Below are positions 21,564-31,240 of a stretch of DNA of 64,000 nucleotides, one piece after another. Within the stretch, counting starts at the first letter, position 1. The number at the start of each line of letters is the position of its first letter. The DNA comes from Spirochaetia bacterium. Its GTDB lineage: Bacteria; Spirochaetota; Spirochaetia; SZUA-6; Bin103. A program made the position numbers and the translations under genes. The notes under the pieces are model-generated. The model saw nothing but the letters and a program-made list of their open reading frames with translations. It was not told the origin of the DNA and did no database searches. The stretch covers positions 224,001 through 288,000 of the forward strand of contig CBDBOV010000002.1 in assembly GCA_965208575.1 (NCBI GenBank). The letters run 5' to 3'.

Positions 21564-21911
21564 GGACCCGGTACGGGTGATTGGCCCTGCGATACGGAGT
21601 CGAGAGCACAAGCGCGCCGCATCAGCACGGTTGCGGTGCCTTGGACCCGATGCGAGTGATCTCGTCCCGCGGTACGGAGAGGCGGGCACAGGTGCGGCGT
21701 ACGAGCGCGGTCACGAGGCCCGGGACCCGATGCGAGTGATCTCGTCCTGCGGTACGGAGGGGAGGTGCCCAGACGCGACGCATGGGCGCGGTCAGGAAGC
21801 CTCGGACGCGATGCGCGTGATTTCGTCCTGCGGTACGGAGGAGAGGTACCCAGAAGCGACACATGAGCGCGGTCAGGAAGCCTCGGACGCGATGCGAGTG
21901 ATCTCGTCCTG
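21564..21911. repeat. Tandem array of ~80-bp units (5 copies) derived from the 3' end of the AIR-synthase-family gene
   Basis: Core GGAC(C/G)CGATGCGAGTGATCTCGTCCTGCGGTACGGAG at 21564 (degenerate), 21643, 21723, 21804, 21885. Confidence 0.9.
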
Positions 21912-22904
21912 AGGGTAGGCCGGCAGCGGCCTGGTTCCGTCCGCGTGGCGGATGGTGACGCCGCCGCCGCGGTGTGCGGCGCCGATCACGGCGGCGGGGA
22001 TGCCTGCGGTGCGCAGCGCCTGTACCGCGCGGCCGGCTTCCTCCGCGGCGGCGCTGAACAGCAGCGCGCCGGAGGCGAGCAGGCCGAGCGGATCGATGCG
22101 CAGCGCCCGGCACAGGCGCCGCGTCGCTTCCCGTACCGGCAGCGCCGCGGCGTCGATCTCGATGCCCGCCCCGGAACAGGACGCGAGCTCGTGCAGGCCC
22201 TGGGCGACGCCGCCCTCGGTGGGATCGTGGGCGGCGTGGATCGCGAACGCGCGCAGGATACGGCCCTCCGCCACCACGCTGATGCCCGGTTCGTCGAGCC
22301 AGCGGGCCGCGGCGGCGTGCTGGTCGCCGAGCAGGGCGGCCGCGTCGGCGCGTTCGCGTGCGAGCAGGGTGGTGCCCTCGAGTGCCACCCACTTGGTGAG
22401 CACGATGGCGTCGCCCGGACGCATCCGTGCGCTCGACCATGGCTCGCCTTCCAGCACCCCGACCGCGGCGGCGGCCACCACCGGCCGGGTCACCGCGCCG
22501 GTGATCTCGGTGTGGCCGCCCACCCACGCGCACCTGGCCGCGCACGTGGCCGCCGCGAGCTCCGCGAACAGTTCCTGCAGCGCGCCGCGGGTGGTGCCGG
22601 GCGGCAGCAGAACGGTGGTGGTGAGGTAGCGCGGCTCGGCGCCCATCGCCACCAGGTCGTTGCAGTTGACCGCCACCGCGTAACGGCCGATCGCGGCGCC
22701 GGCCAGCGTGATCGGATCGCCGGTCATCACCAGGCGCGGCGCCCCGGTGACCACGGCCGCGTCTTCTCCGATGGCGGCGCCGATCAGCACGTCCGGGCGC
22801 CCGCCGCCGGCGCCGGGGAGCAGGCCGGCGAGCAGCGCCGCGTCGATCTTGCCCTCCGGCAGCGCCGGCTCCCGCCCCGGCGCCGGGCCACTCAACCTGT
22901 CCAT
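21873..22904 (-). CDS. AIR synthase-related protein (PurM/HypE/ThiL superfamily)
   Basis: GEDAAV, VNCNDL..MGAEP, GGHTE, HDPTEGG, DPLGLLASG. Confidence 0.88.
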   Translation of the reverse strand: MDRLSGPAPGREPALPEGKIDAALLAGLLPGAGGGRPDVLIGAAIGEDAAVVTGAPRLVMTGDPITLAGAAIGRYAVAVNCNDLVAMGAEPRYLTTTVLLPPGTTRGALQELFAELAAATCAARCAWVGGHTEITGAVTRPVVAAAAVGVLEGEPWSSARMRPGDAIVLTKWVALEGTTLLARERADAAALLGDQHAAAARWLDEPGISVVAEGRILRAFAIHAAHDPTEGGVAQGLHELASCSGAGIEIDAAALPVREATRRLCRALRIDPLGLLASGALLFSAAAEEAGRAVQALRTAGIPAAVIGAAHRGGGVTIRHADGTRPLPAYPQDEITRIASEAS

Positions 22905-22998
22905 GCCCCATTGGTGGCACAAACCGCCGGCAGCGCAACCCGGCGCCGCGGGCGGCTGCCCCGAAGCGGCACGGAGCGAACGCCGTTGTCTATGCTGT

Positions 22999-24933
22999 AT
23001 GGACCATGTTGCACCGGGTGGCACCGAGCCGCTCGCCGCCGACCGGCGCGCCGCCGGCAGCCGGATTCCCGATGCGCCCGTACGGCCGCTGCGTGACAGG
23101 GAAGCCGATGAAAACGGATACTCAAGCATCGCCCGCCGGCAGGTGGTTCCTGACCATGGCAGCCCGGCGGCGGCCGCGGACCATCCCGTCGTCCCCGATC
23201 CGATCAACGAGCTGGCCCGGCGCCGCCTGGGGATCTCCTACCTGTTCCCGTACCAGCGGCTGGTAGTCGCCAACCTGCTGGAAGGGCGCCACCAGATCGT
23301 GGTGCTGCCGACTGGCGCGGGCAAGTCGGTGTGCTTCATGTTCCCGGCCGTGGTGCTGGAGGGGGTCACCCTGGTCGTGCTGCCGCTGCTGGCGCTGCTG
23401 GAGGACCTGTACCGCCGCATGACCGCGGCCGGTTTGTCGGTGGTGGTGCTGCGCGGCGGGCAGACCCGCGCCGAGCGCGCCGCCGTCCTGCGGCGGGTGG
23501 CGAGCCGCGAGGCACGGCTGGTGCTGGTGACCCCGGAGGCGGCGCTTGGCGAGCGGTTGCTGGCGGCGCTGGCGGACGCCGGCGCGATCGAGCACCTGGT
23601 GGTGGATGAAGCGCACTGCATCAGCCAATGGGGCGACACCTTCCGGCCCACCTACCTGCGCCTGAACGAGCTGGTGCAGGCGCTGCGCCCACGCGTGGTG
23701 AGCGCCTTCACCGCCACCGCGACCCCGGCGGTGCTGAAGCGCGTACGCGAGGTGCTGTACCCGGACGGCGGCGCGCACCTGGTCGCGGGCAACCCCGACC
23801 GCCCCAACATCCGCTACGCGGTGGCCCCCACGGCCGGCCCGCTGCACTGCCTCGCCGAGCTGGTGGCGGCGTGCCCGCGGCCGTTGATCGTGTTCGCGCG
23901 CAGCCGCCGCGGCGTGGAGGAGATCTGCTGGCAGCTCCGGCGCCGCCTGCCGCGGGTGAGCTGCCGGTTCTACCACGCCGGCCTGAACGCCGCCGAGCGC
24001 AAGCGCCTGGAGGCGTGGTTCCTGACCAGCCGCGACGGCGCCCTGATCGCCACCTCGGCATACGGCATGGGCGTCGACAAGCCCGACATCCGCACCGTCG
24101 TGCACCGCGAGATGCCGGAGTCGGTGGAGGCGTACCTGCAGGAGACCGGCCGCGCCGGGCGGGACGGCAAGCCGTCGCAGGCCATCCTGCTGTGGTACCG
24201 GCCGGACGCCGCCCGCGCCCCGGGGCGGGATCGCCGCCTGCCGTGGAAGGCGCTGTGCACGGTGACGCCGGCAAGCGCACACCTGGCAGCCCGGCGCGCG
24301 GCGCACCCGGTGATACGCCGCCTGCGCCGGCCGCCGCGCCGTACCGGAGCGCCCGTTGCGGCACCGGCCACCGAGGCAGCTCCCGCCGCCCGCGCCGGTT
24401 CGGATGGCGCCGGGTCCGATGGCCACGCGTCCGAGCGCGCCGCTCTGAGCGGCTACGCGGCGAACGCCACGACCTGCCGGCGCGCCCAGTTGCTGCGCTT
24501 CTTCGAGCGCGACGATGTCCCGTGCAGCGGCTGCGACGTGTGCGACGGAGAGGTGGCCGCGCTGGCGGTGGCGGAACAGGAGATGCTGCGGGCACTGCGG
24601 CGCGGGTCGCGCCGCTTCACGCCGCGGCAGTGGCGGCACATCCTGGCCGGCGGACGGTCGCACGCAATCGAGGCCGGCGGGCTGTACCGCGCGCCCGGAT
24701 TCGGCGTGCTGGCGGGATGGCATCCGGAGGAGATCGAGGATGCCTGCGCCGCCCTCGTCGCGGCGCGGCTGGCGCGCATTCCGGCGCGCGGGCCGTGGCG
24801 CGGACTCCTGGTAACGGTCCGGCGTCCGCGGCATGTGCGTGCGCCCGCCGCGGCGCCGCCGGCCCCGGCCGGTACGGCATCCGCCGCCGGCCAGCCGCCG
24901 CCCGCGCCCGGATCGCACGTTCCGATCATTTGA
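22999..24933 (+). CDS. recQ: RecQ family DNA helicase
   Basis: LPTGAGKS, VDEAHCISQWGDTFRP, FTATA, YHAGL, GMGVDK, QETGRAGRDG, CRR...CSGCDVC zinc motif; start uncertain (22999-23143). Confidence 0.88.
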   Translation: MDHVAPGGTEPLAADRRAAGSRIPDAPVRPLRDREADENGYSSIARRQVVPDHGSPAAAADHPVVPDPINELARRRLGISYLFPYQRLVVANLLEGRHQIVVLPTGAGKSVCFMFPAVVLEGVTLVVLPLLALLEDLYRRMTAAGLSVVVLRGGQTRAERAAVLRRVASREARLVLVTPEAALGERLLAALADAGAIEHLVVDEAHCISQWGDTFRPTYLRLNELVQALRPRVVSAFTATATPAVLKRVREVLYPDGGAHLVAGNPDRPNIRYAVAPTAGPLHCLAELVAACPRPLIVFARSRRGVEEICWQLRRRLPRVSCRFYHAGLNAAERKRLEAWFLTSRDGALIATSAYGMGVDKPDIRTVVHREMPESVEAYLQETGRAGRDGKPSQAILLWYRPDAARAPGRDRRLPWKALCTVTPASAHLAARRAAHPVIRRLRRPPRRTGAPVAAPATEAAPAARAGSDGAGSDGHASERAALSGYAANATTCRRAQLLRFFERDDVPCSGCDVCDGEVAALAVAEQEMLRALRRGSRRFTPRQWRHILAGGRSHAIEAGGLYRAPGFGVLAGWHPEEIEDACAALVAARLARIPARGPWRGLLVTVRRPRHVRAPAAAPPAPAGTASAAGQPPPAPGSHVPII

Positions 24934-24959
24934 CACCGGACGGCGTGCGTCGCTACAAT
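24930..24959 (+). promoter_or_regulatory. Sigma70-type promoter for the decarboxylase operon
   Basis: TTGACA (24930) - 18 bp - TACAAT (24954). Confidence 0.6.
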
Positions 24960-25058
24960 CGCCTCATTCTGCCTCTTGGATAGGACGTACTTGCTTACGG
25001 TATATAAACTTGCATGTTGTCGTACGAGTCCTCGCGAGGACCGGTGGGGAGCGGCGCG

Positions 25059-26603
25059 ATGAGTGATGCGCTCGAACGGCGCCGCACAACGCGGCAGAAG
25101 ATGCTCGAAGCGGGCGGGCAGGCGCGCGTCGACGCCCAGCACGCCAAGGGCAAGCTGACCGCCCGCGAACGCCTCGACCTGCTGCTCGACGAGCACTCGT
25201 TCATCGAACAGCAGCCGTACGTCATGGTGCGCGCCACCGACTTCGGCCTCGACCGCCGGCGCACCCTCGGCGACGGCGTGGTGAGCGGCAGCGGCATGCT
25301 TGGCGGGCGGCAGGTATTCGCGGCCGCACAAGACTTTACCGTGAACGGCGGCTCGCTCGGCGAGATGCACGCCGCGCGCATCGTCGCGGCCCAGAACGAT
25401 GCCCTGAACAACCGCGTGCCGTTCATCCAGATCAACGACTCCGGCGGCGCGCGCATCCAGGAGGGCGTGCTGTCCCTGAACGGCTACGCGCAGATCTTCC
25501 GTGCCAACACCGCGTCCTCCGGCGTCATCCCGCAGATCTCCGTGATCCTCGGACCGTGTGCGGGCGGCGCGGTGTATTCGCCGGCGATCACCGACTTCAT
25601 CTTCATGGTGGACGGGGTGAGCAACATGTTCATTACCGGACCGCAGGTGATCGCCACGGTGACCGGCGAGAAGATCAGCTCCGAGGACCTCGGCGGCTCG
25701 GCGGCGCACTGCAGCCGCAGCGGCGTGGCCCACTTCCGTTACGCCACCGAGCAGGAGTGCTTGCAGGGGGTACGCACGCTGCTCGGCTACCTGCCGGCGC
25801 ACAACGGCGAGGATCCGCCGCTCGCGGGGAGCGGCGACGACGTGGACCGCCCGACGCCGGAGCTGCTCGACCTGGTGCCGGAGGACGCGCGCCGCGGCTA
25901 CGACGTGAAGCAGGTGATCGCGGCACTTGCCGACCAGGGCAGCTTTTTCGAGGTGCACGCCGAGTACGCGCCCAACGTGGTGGTGGGGTTCGCCCGCCTG
26001 GCGGGCCGCACCGTGGGGTTCTTCGCCAACCAGCCGCAGGTGTACGCCGCGTCCCTGGACATCAACTCGTCGGACAAGGGCGCCCGCTTTCTGCGATTCT
26101 GCGACGCTTTCAACGTGCCGATCGTCTCCCTGGTCGACGTACCGGGCTTCCTGCCGGGCGTGGCCCAGGAGCATGGCGGCATCATCCGCCACGGCGCCAA
26201 GATCCTGTTCGCCATCGCCGAGGCGACGGTGCCCAAGGTAGCGCTGATCCTGCGCAAGGCGTACGGCGGTGCGTTTATCGCCATGGCCTGCAAGTCGCTC
26301 GGCTACGACCGTACGCTCGCCCTGCCGGGCGCCGAGGTGGCGGTGATGGGCGCCGCGGGGGCGGCCAACATCATCTTCTCGCGCGACATCAAGGCGGCGG
26401 ACGACCCGGCCGAGATGCGTGCGCAGAAGATCGCCGAGTTTCAGGAGAGCGTGATGAATCCGTACCTCGCCGCCGGGCTCGGATTGGTCGACGACGTGAT
26501 CGATCCGGCCGCGGCGCGTGCCGAGTTGATACGCTCGATCGAGATGTACTCCCGCAAGCGGGAGTCGCGGCCGGCCAGGAAGCATGGCAACATCCCGCTG
26601 TAG
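25059..26603 (+). CDS. mmdA: Acyl-CoA carboxyltransferase subunit (methylmalonyl-CoA decarboxylase alpha-like)
   Basis: GKLTARER, DSGGARIQEG, GPCAGGAVYSPA, VDVPGFLPG, RKAYGGA, KHGNIPL; context with oadG/biotin carrier/oadB-like genes. Confidence 0.85.
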   Translation: MSDALERRRTTRQKMLEAGGQARVDAQHAKGKLTARERLDLLLDEHSFIEQQPYVMVRATDFGLDRRRTLGDGVVSGSGMLGGRQVFAAAQDFTVNGGSLGEMHAARIVAAQNDALNNRVPFIQINDSGGARIQEGVLSLNGYAQIFRANTASSGVIPQISVILGPCAGGAVYSPAITDFIFMVDGVSNMFITGPQVIATVTGEKISSEDLGGSAAHCSRSGVAHFRYATEQECLQGVRTLLGYLPAHNGEDPPLAGSGDDVDRPTPELLDLVPEDARRGYDVKQVIAALADQGSFFEVHAEYAPNVVVGFARLAGRTVGFFANQPQVYAASLDINSSDKGARFLRFCDAFNVPIVSLVDVPGFLPGVAQEHGGIIRHGAKILFAIAEATVPKVALILRKAYGGAFIAMACKSLGYDRTLALPGAEVAVMGAAGAANIIFSRDIKAADDPAEMRAQKIAEFQESVMNPYLAAGLGLVDDVIDPAAARAELIRSIEMYSRKRESRPARKHGNIPL

Positions 26604-26612
26604 GTTGCGCTG

Positions 26613-26888
26613 ATGGAACAGGCGGGCACGGTGACCATCCTCGGCATGGGGGTGGTGTTCTTCTTCCTGGCCCTGCTGAGCCTGGGCATGGCCGCGCTGC
26701 GCCGCTGGTACGGCGGCGAACCGTCGGCACCGGCCGCGGAGCCGGCGGCGGCGACCGCCGCGGGTGGGGCGCCGGCACGGCACGACGCCCGCTGGGTGGC
26801 GGCCGCGGTGGCCGCCTGGCTGGCGGAGCAGGGCCGGTTCGACGAGGTGAGCGCGGCACCCTGGGACCCGATGCGGAGGCGCCGGTGA
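26613..26888 (+). CDS. OadG-family membrane anchor subunit
   Basis: ILGMGVVFFFLALL transmembrane helix, Ala/Pro linker, AAAVAAW. Confidence 0.8.
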   Translation: MEQAGTVTILGMGVVFFFLALLSLGMAALRRWYGGEPSAPAAEPAAATAAGGAPARHDARWVAAAVAAWLAEQGRFDEVSAAPWDPMRRRR

Positions 26889-27388
26889 AGCAGCAGGTCA
26901 CGTTCGAGTACGAGGGCCGGTCCTACACCGTCGAGGTGGAACGCAACGGCGACACCCTGGTGATCGAGAGCGAGGGCCAGAGCTACGAGGTCACCCTCAG
27001 CGGCGATGCGCGGCCGGTGGCCGCCCCGGCGGCGGCCACCGGAGCGGGACCTTCCGCGGGCGGCGCGCCTGCCGCGAGCGCTCCACCGCAGGCCGCCGCA
27101 TCCGCTGCCTCTTCGCCGACGCCCGTGTCAGCGCCCGCGCCGGCGCCCGCGCCAGCGGACGGCAGCGCCGCGCCCGGCGACGTGGTGGCGCCGATGACCG
27201 GCACCATCCGCGAGGTCCGCGCCGCGGTGGGCGCGGCGGTGACCGAGGGACAGGTGCTGTTCGTGATGGAGGCGATGAAGATGGACCTGGAGGTGCCGGC
27301 GGCGGTGGCCGGGACGGTGTCCGAGATTGCGGTCGCCGCCGGCGACAGCGTGGTCGAGGCGCAGATCCTCGCCCGCGTGTCGGGCTGA
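26885..27388 (+). CDS. Biotin carboxyl carrier subunit
   Basis: GTG start overlapping upstream stop; Ala/Pro linker; APMTGTI and EAMKM biotinylation motif. Confidence 0.88.
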   Translation: MKQQVTFEYEGRSYTVEVERNGDTLVIESEGQSYEVTLSGDARPVAAPAAATGAGPSAGGAPAASAPPQAAASAASSPTPVSAPAPAPAPADGSAAPGDVVAPMTGTIREVRAAVGAAVTEGQVLFVMEAMKMDLEVPAAVAGTVSEIAVAAGDSVVEAQILARVSG

Positions 27389-27400
27389 CGGGCTGCTCAC

Positions 27401-28561
27401 GTGGGGCTGTTCGGCCTGATCGGCGAGTTTCTCGCCAACACCGGCGTCGCCGGCTTCATCGCGCTCGGCCCCGACTGGTGGCGACCGCTGGTGATGCTCG
27501 GCGTGGGCGGCCTGCTGATCTACCTGGCGATCGTCAAGGAATACGAGCCGCTGCTGCTGATCCCGATCGGGTTCGCGTGCATCCTGGTCAACCTGCCGCT
27601 CACCGAGCTGTTCCACACCGACGTGCAACTCCTGGGCGGCGCCGAGCGCGGCCTGCTGGACTACATATTCACCGGCCTCGCCACCGGCGTGTTCCCGCCG
27701 CTGATCTTCCTGGGCCTGGGGGCGATGACCGACTTCAGCCCGCTGCTGGCCAAGCCGCAGACCTTCCTGCTCGGCGCGGCTGCGCAGTTCGGCATCTTCG
27801 GCACCCTGCTGGCCGCCCAGGCGATGGGCTTCAATTTCAACGAGGCAGCGTCGATTGCCATTATCGGCGGCGCTGACGGCCCGACCGCGATCTTCCTCAC
27901 CTCGCGCCTCGCCGACCACCTGCTCGGCGCGGTGGCGGTGGCCGCCTACTCCTACATGGCGCTGGTGCCGATCATCCAGCCGCCGATCATCCGCCTGCTG
28001 ACCACCAGGAAGGAGCGCTCGGTGGTGATGTCGGAGGTGCCGCCGGTGCCGCGCTCGGTCCGCATCATGTTTCCGATTGCGATTACCCTGACCGCCGCCC
28101 TGCTGGTGCCGCCCTCCACGCCGCTGATCGGCATGCTGATGTTCGGCAACCTGCTGCGCGAGGCGGGCGTGGTCGACCGGCTGTCCAAGGCCGCCCAGAA
28201 CGAGTTGACCAACATCATCACCATCTTCCTGGGCCTGGCGGTCGGCGCCAAGCTCACCGCGGCGGAGTTCCTGACCTTCGACACGATCCGGATCATCGTC
28301 CTCGGGCTGGCGGCGTTTTCGGTCGGCACCGCCTCCGGGGTGCTGCTCGGCAAGCTGCTCTACCTGGTCTCGGGCGGCAAGGTGAACCCGATGATCGGCG
28401 CCGCCGGCGTGTCCGCGGTACCGATGGCCGCGCGCGTGGTGCAGCGCATGGGGCAGCGCGAGAACCCGAGCAACTTCCTGCTGATGAACGCCATCGGCCC
28501 CAACTACGCCGGCGTGATCGGTTCCGCCGTCGCCGCCGGCGTCCTGATGGCCATGGCCTGA
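27401..28561 (+). CDS. Na+-translocating decarboxylase beta subunit
   Basis: EPLLLIPIG, GAMTDF, LGAAAQFG, IIGGADGPTAIF, AYSYMAL, GAAGVSAVPMAARV, GPN.AGVIGS. Confidence 0.93.
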   Translation: MGLFGLIGEFLANTGVAGFIALGPDWWRPLVMLGVGGLLIYLAIVKEYEPLLLIPIGFACILVNLPLTELFHTDVQLLGGAERGLLDYIFTGLATGVFPPLIFLGLGAMTDFSPLLAKPQTFLLGAAAQFGIFGTLLAAQAMGFNFNEAASIAIIGGADGPTAIFLTSRLADHLLGAVAVAAYSYMALVPIIQPPIIRLLTTRKERSVVMSEVPPVPRSVRIMFPIAITLTAALLVPPSTPLIGMLMFGNLLREAGVVDRLSKAAQNELTNIITIFLGLAVGAKLTAAEFLTFDTIRIIVLGLAAFSVGTASGVLLGKLLYLVSGGKVNPMIGAAGVSAVPMAARVVQRMGQRENPSNFLLMNAIGPNYAGVIGSAVAAGVLMAMA

Positions 28562-28576
28562 CCGGGGAGTGGTACG

Positions 28577-29806
28577 GTGCCCCTTGATCCACGCGCCATC
28601 ATCGCCGGGGGAGAGAACGCCAAGACCGAGTTGAAGCGTGACGACCGGACCCTGCGCCCCGAGCGCTTGGCCCGGGAGATCGTCGCGTTCGCCAACATGA
28701 ACGGCGGCGTGATCGTGATCGGCGTCGAAGACGACGGGCGCATCTCGGGTGTAACCAGGCGTAACCTGCAGGCCTGGCTGATGGACACCGTGATCGGGCG
28801 CTTCATCGATCCGCAGATCGTGCCCGACTACGAGGAGTTCGTCCTGGACGGCAAGCAGGTCGCGGTCGTCACCGTGCCCGCCGGCAGCGCCAAGCCGTAT
28901 GCGGTACGGCAGCAGGAGCGGACCGACTACTACATCCGCCTCGGCGACACCGTGCAGCGCGCCGGCCGCGAGCAGATGGCGCGCCTGTTTCAGTCCGGCG
29001 GGCTGGTCTCCGTGGAGAAGATGCCCGTGCACGGGAGTTCGCAGGCCGATCTCGACACGCGCCGACTGGAAGACTATTTCCTGGACGTCCTGGGCGAGGA
29101 GGCGGTGCCGGACTGGCAGCGCACCTTGCTCAACCGCGAGCTGCTGGTCGCCGACGAGTGGCGCCCGGAGGTGCGCACCTGCTCGCATGCCGGGATTGTG
29201 CTGTTCGCACGCGAGCCGCGGCGCCGGATGCCGCAGGCCGGGATCCGGCTGCTGGTATTCCCCGGCACCGACATGGACTACGATGCCAACCTGGACGAGG
29301 TGCTCGACATCCCCTTCGTCGGCCTCAAGGAGCGCCGGGAGCGGGAGTTCATCGAGCAGTCGCTCCCGAACCGCGTGCTCAGCTACCTGCAAGCGCATAT
29401 CAGCCACGAGCGCCTGGAAGGAATGCGCCGGTTGCGGCACTGGGACTACCCCACCGAGGTGATCCGCGAGTTGCTGGTAAACGCCTTCGCCCACCGCGAC
29501 TGGACGCGCCCGAGTGATGTGCAGCTCACGGTATACGCCGACCGCCTCGAAGTGCACAGCCCCGGCTCCCTGCCCAACGGCGTTACGGTGGAGAAGGCCA
29601 AGGCCGGCCTGCGCGTGCCGCGCAACTCCAATATCGTCAACATCCTGCGCGACTACGACTTCAAGCACCGCGGCATGGGAATCCGCCGCAAGGTTATCCC
29701 CCTGACCCGCGCCCACAACGGCACCGACCCCCAATTCCACGCCACCGAAGACTACTTCAAGGTCACCCTCCACAAGGAAGCGACCCCGGCGCCGGGGTCC
29801 GGGTAG
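28577..29806 (+). CDS. Schlafen/AlbA_2 - GHKL protein without C-terminal HTH
   Basis: ENAKTELK...AFANMNGG; RELLVNAFAHRDW...SPG...RN...GMGI. Confidence 0.85.
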   Translation: MPLDPRAIIAGGENAKTELKRDDRTLRPERLAREIVAFANMNGGVIVIGVEDDGRISGVTRRNLQAWLMDTVIGRFIDPQIVPDYEEFVLDGKQVAVVTVPAGSAKPYAVRQQERTDYYIRLGDTVQRAGREQMARLFQSGGLVSVEKMPVHGSSQADLDTRRLEDYFLDVLGEEAVPDWQRTLLNRELLVADEWRPEVRTCSHAGIVLFAREPRRRMPQAGIRLLVFPGTDMDYDANLDEVLDIPFVGLKERREREFIEQSLPNRVLSYLQAHISHERLEGMRRLRHWDYPTEVIRELLVNAFAHRDWTRPSDVQLTVYADRLEVHSPGSLPNGVTVEKAKAGLRVPRNSNIVNILRDYDFKHRGMGIRRKVIPLTRAHNGTDPQFHATEDYFKVTLHKEATPAPGSG

Positions 29807-29851
29807 CGGCGTACGGCAAGATCGCGGTACCCTTCCGGGACCGGCGGCACC

Positions 29852-31240
29852 ATGAAGTTTCGATTCAAGAACCTCGGTCCTATCAAGGAGGCCAATCTCG
29901 AACTCGGCGACCTCACCATAATCGCCGGCCCCAACAACACCGGCAAAACCTACCTCGCCTACGCTCTGTACGGCTTCCTCAAACGATGGGAGTGGCCACG
30001 CGAGGCGGTTATCAGTCGCGCGCGCGAAAGGGGCCTCGCTGCCTTCGGTTCCGCGGCGGCCGCAGCGGTAGACAAGGGGCGTGCAACCATTCCGGCAGAT
30101 ACGCACGAACTCGAAATGCAACGATCAGCCGTTGCGCGATCCATGGCTGGATTGTTCTCGAAATCGGAACTGTCCCAAGTGTTCAGTTCAGCACGGGAGC
30201 GATTCAAGGATGCGTCGGTCGAGGTGAGTTCCACGTTACCTGAAGACATGCCGCCTATAGACTTGCGTGATCCCTCTGGGATCCACTGTCGAGTGTGTCG
30301 GGAACACGGCCATATCGTCGTGTCAGTTGATGCTCCTCAGGGACAGAGCGTCGACAGAGTGTCGGCAATCTACGCCCTGGAGATGCTGTACCTCAGATTC
30401 CTCTTCCCCGAGCTTGAGATCGAACCCTTCATACTGTGTTCGGAGCGTTTCGGGATCTCCCTGTTCTATCGAGAGCTCGACTTTACGAAGAACAAGCTCG
30501 TTGACCTGCTTCAACAGATGAGTGATGAGAGAAGCCAACTCCACACCGATCCCTTCCTCGTAATAGACCGGACGACGAGTCGATACGCGTTGCCGGTAAA
30601 GGACAATATCGACTACACGCGCAGTATTCCCGATCTCCGAGGCCAAAAGAGTGCGCTGTCCGAGCACAAACTGGCGACGGAACTGAGACGGCTGACGAGT
30701 GCATCCTACAAGAGCTCCGGTGACAGCATCTCGCTCACGTCGACCGCGCGCGGTCCGCGGCGGTTCAGCATCCCGCTACACTTGGCGTCTTCCTCGGCGC
30801 GAGGGTTGTCGGATCTGTACTTCTTTCTGCAGCACGTTGCTGGGCCCAATCATCTCCTGATCATTGATGAGCCGGAGAGTCATCTCGATACGCACAACCA
30901 GATTCTGATGGCCCGCTTGCTGGTTCGGTGCGTGCATGCGGGCCTGAAGGTCCTGATCACCACCCACAGTGACTATCTCGTGAAGGAACTCAACAACCTC
31001 ATCATGCTCAGCCGCGACCTCGACGGCAAACAGGACTTGCTCAAGAAACTCAAGTACGACACTGATGATGCTCTCGATCCGGGTCGAATTCGTGCTTATG
31101 TGGCTGAGAACGGCACCTTGACCGCATGCAACGTAGACAAGTATGGCATGGAGATGCCGAACTTCGACAGCACCATAGATGACATCAATCACGCTACTAA
31201 CGAGATCTCATCGCGGATTCTCGAGACCGAGGGAGAGTGA
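29852..31240 (+). CDS. ABC-type ATPase (AAA_15/AAA_21 family)
   Basis: KNLGPI, GPNNTGKT, ASSSAR signature-like, IIDEPESHL, TTHSDY. Confidence 0.88.
   Translation: MKFRFKNLGPIKEANLELGDLTIIAGPNNTGKTYLAYALYGFLKRWEWPREAVISRARERGLAAFGSAAAAAVDKGRATIPADTHELEMQRSAVARSMAGLFSKSELSQVFSSARERFKDASVEVSSTLPEDMPPIDLRDPSGIHCRVCREHGHIVVSVDAPQGQSVDRVSAIYALEMLYLRFLFPELEIEPFILCSERFGISLFYRELDFTKNKLVDLLQQMSDERSQLHTDPFLVIDRTTSRYALPVKDNIDYTRSIPDLRGQKSALSEHKLATELRRLTSASYKSSGDSISLTSTARGPRRFSIPLHLASSSARGLSDLYFFLQHVAGPNHLLIIDEPESHLDTHNQILMARLLVRCVHAGLKVLITTHSDYLVKELNNLIMLSRDLDGKQDLLKKLKYDTDDALDPGRIRAYVAENGTLTACNVDKYGMEMPNFDSTIDDINHATNEISSRILETEGE

Noticed and set aside
21564-21911. CRISPR array (37-bp repeat with ~43-bp spacers)
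   Set aside because: Intervening sequences are clearly homologous to each other, one unit is coding sequence, and no cas genes are in the window
24453-26783. 776-aa minus-strand ORF
   Set aside because: Antisense to recQ and the carboxyltransferase gene; no motifs
27128-30121. 997-aa minus-strand ORF
   Set aside because: High-GC shadow ORF opposite well-supported plus-strand genes
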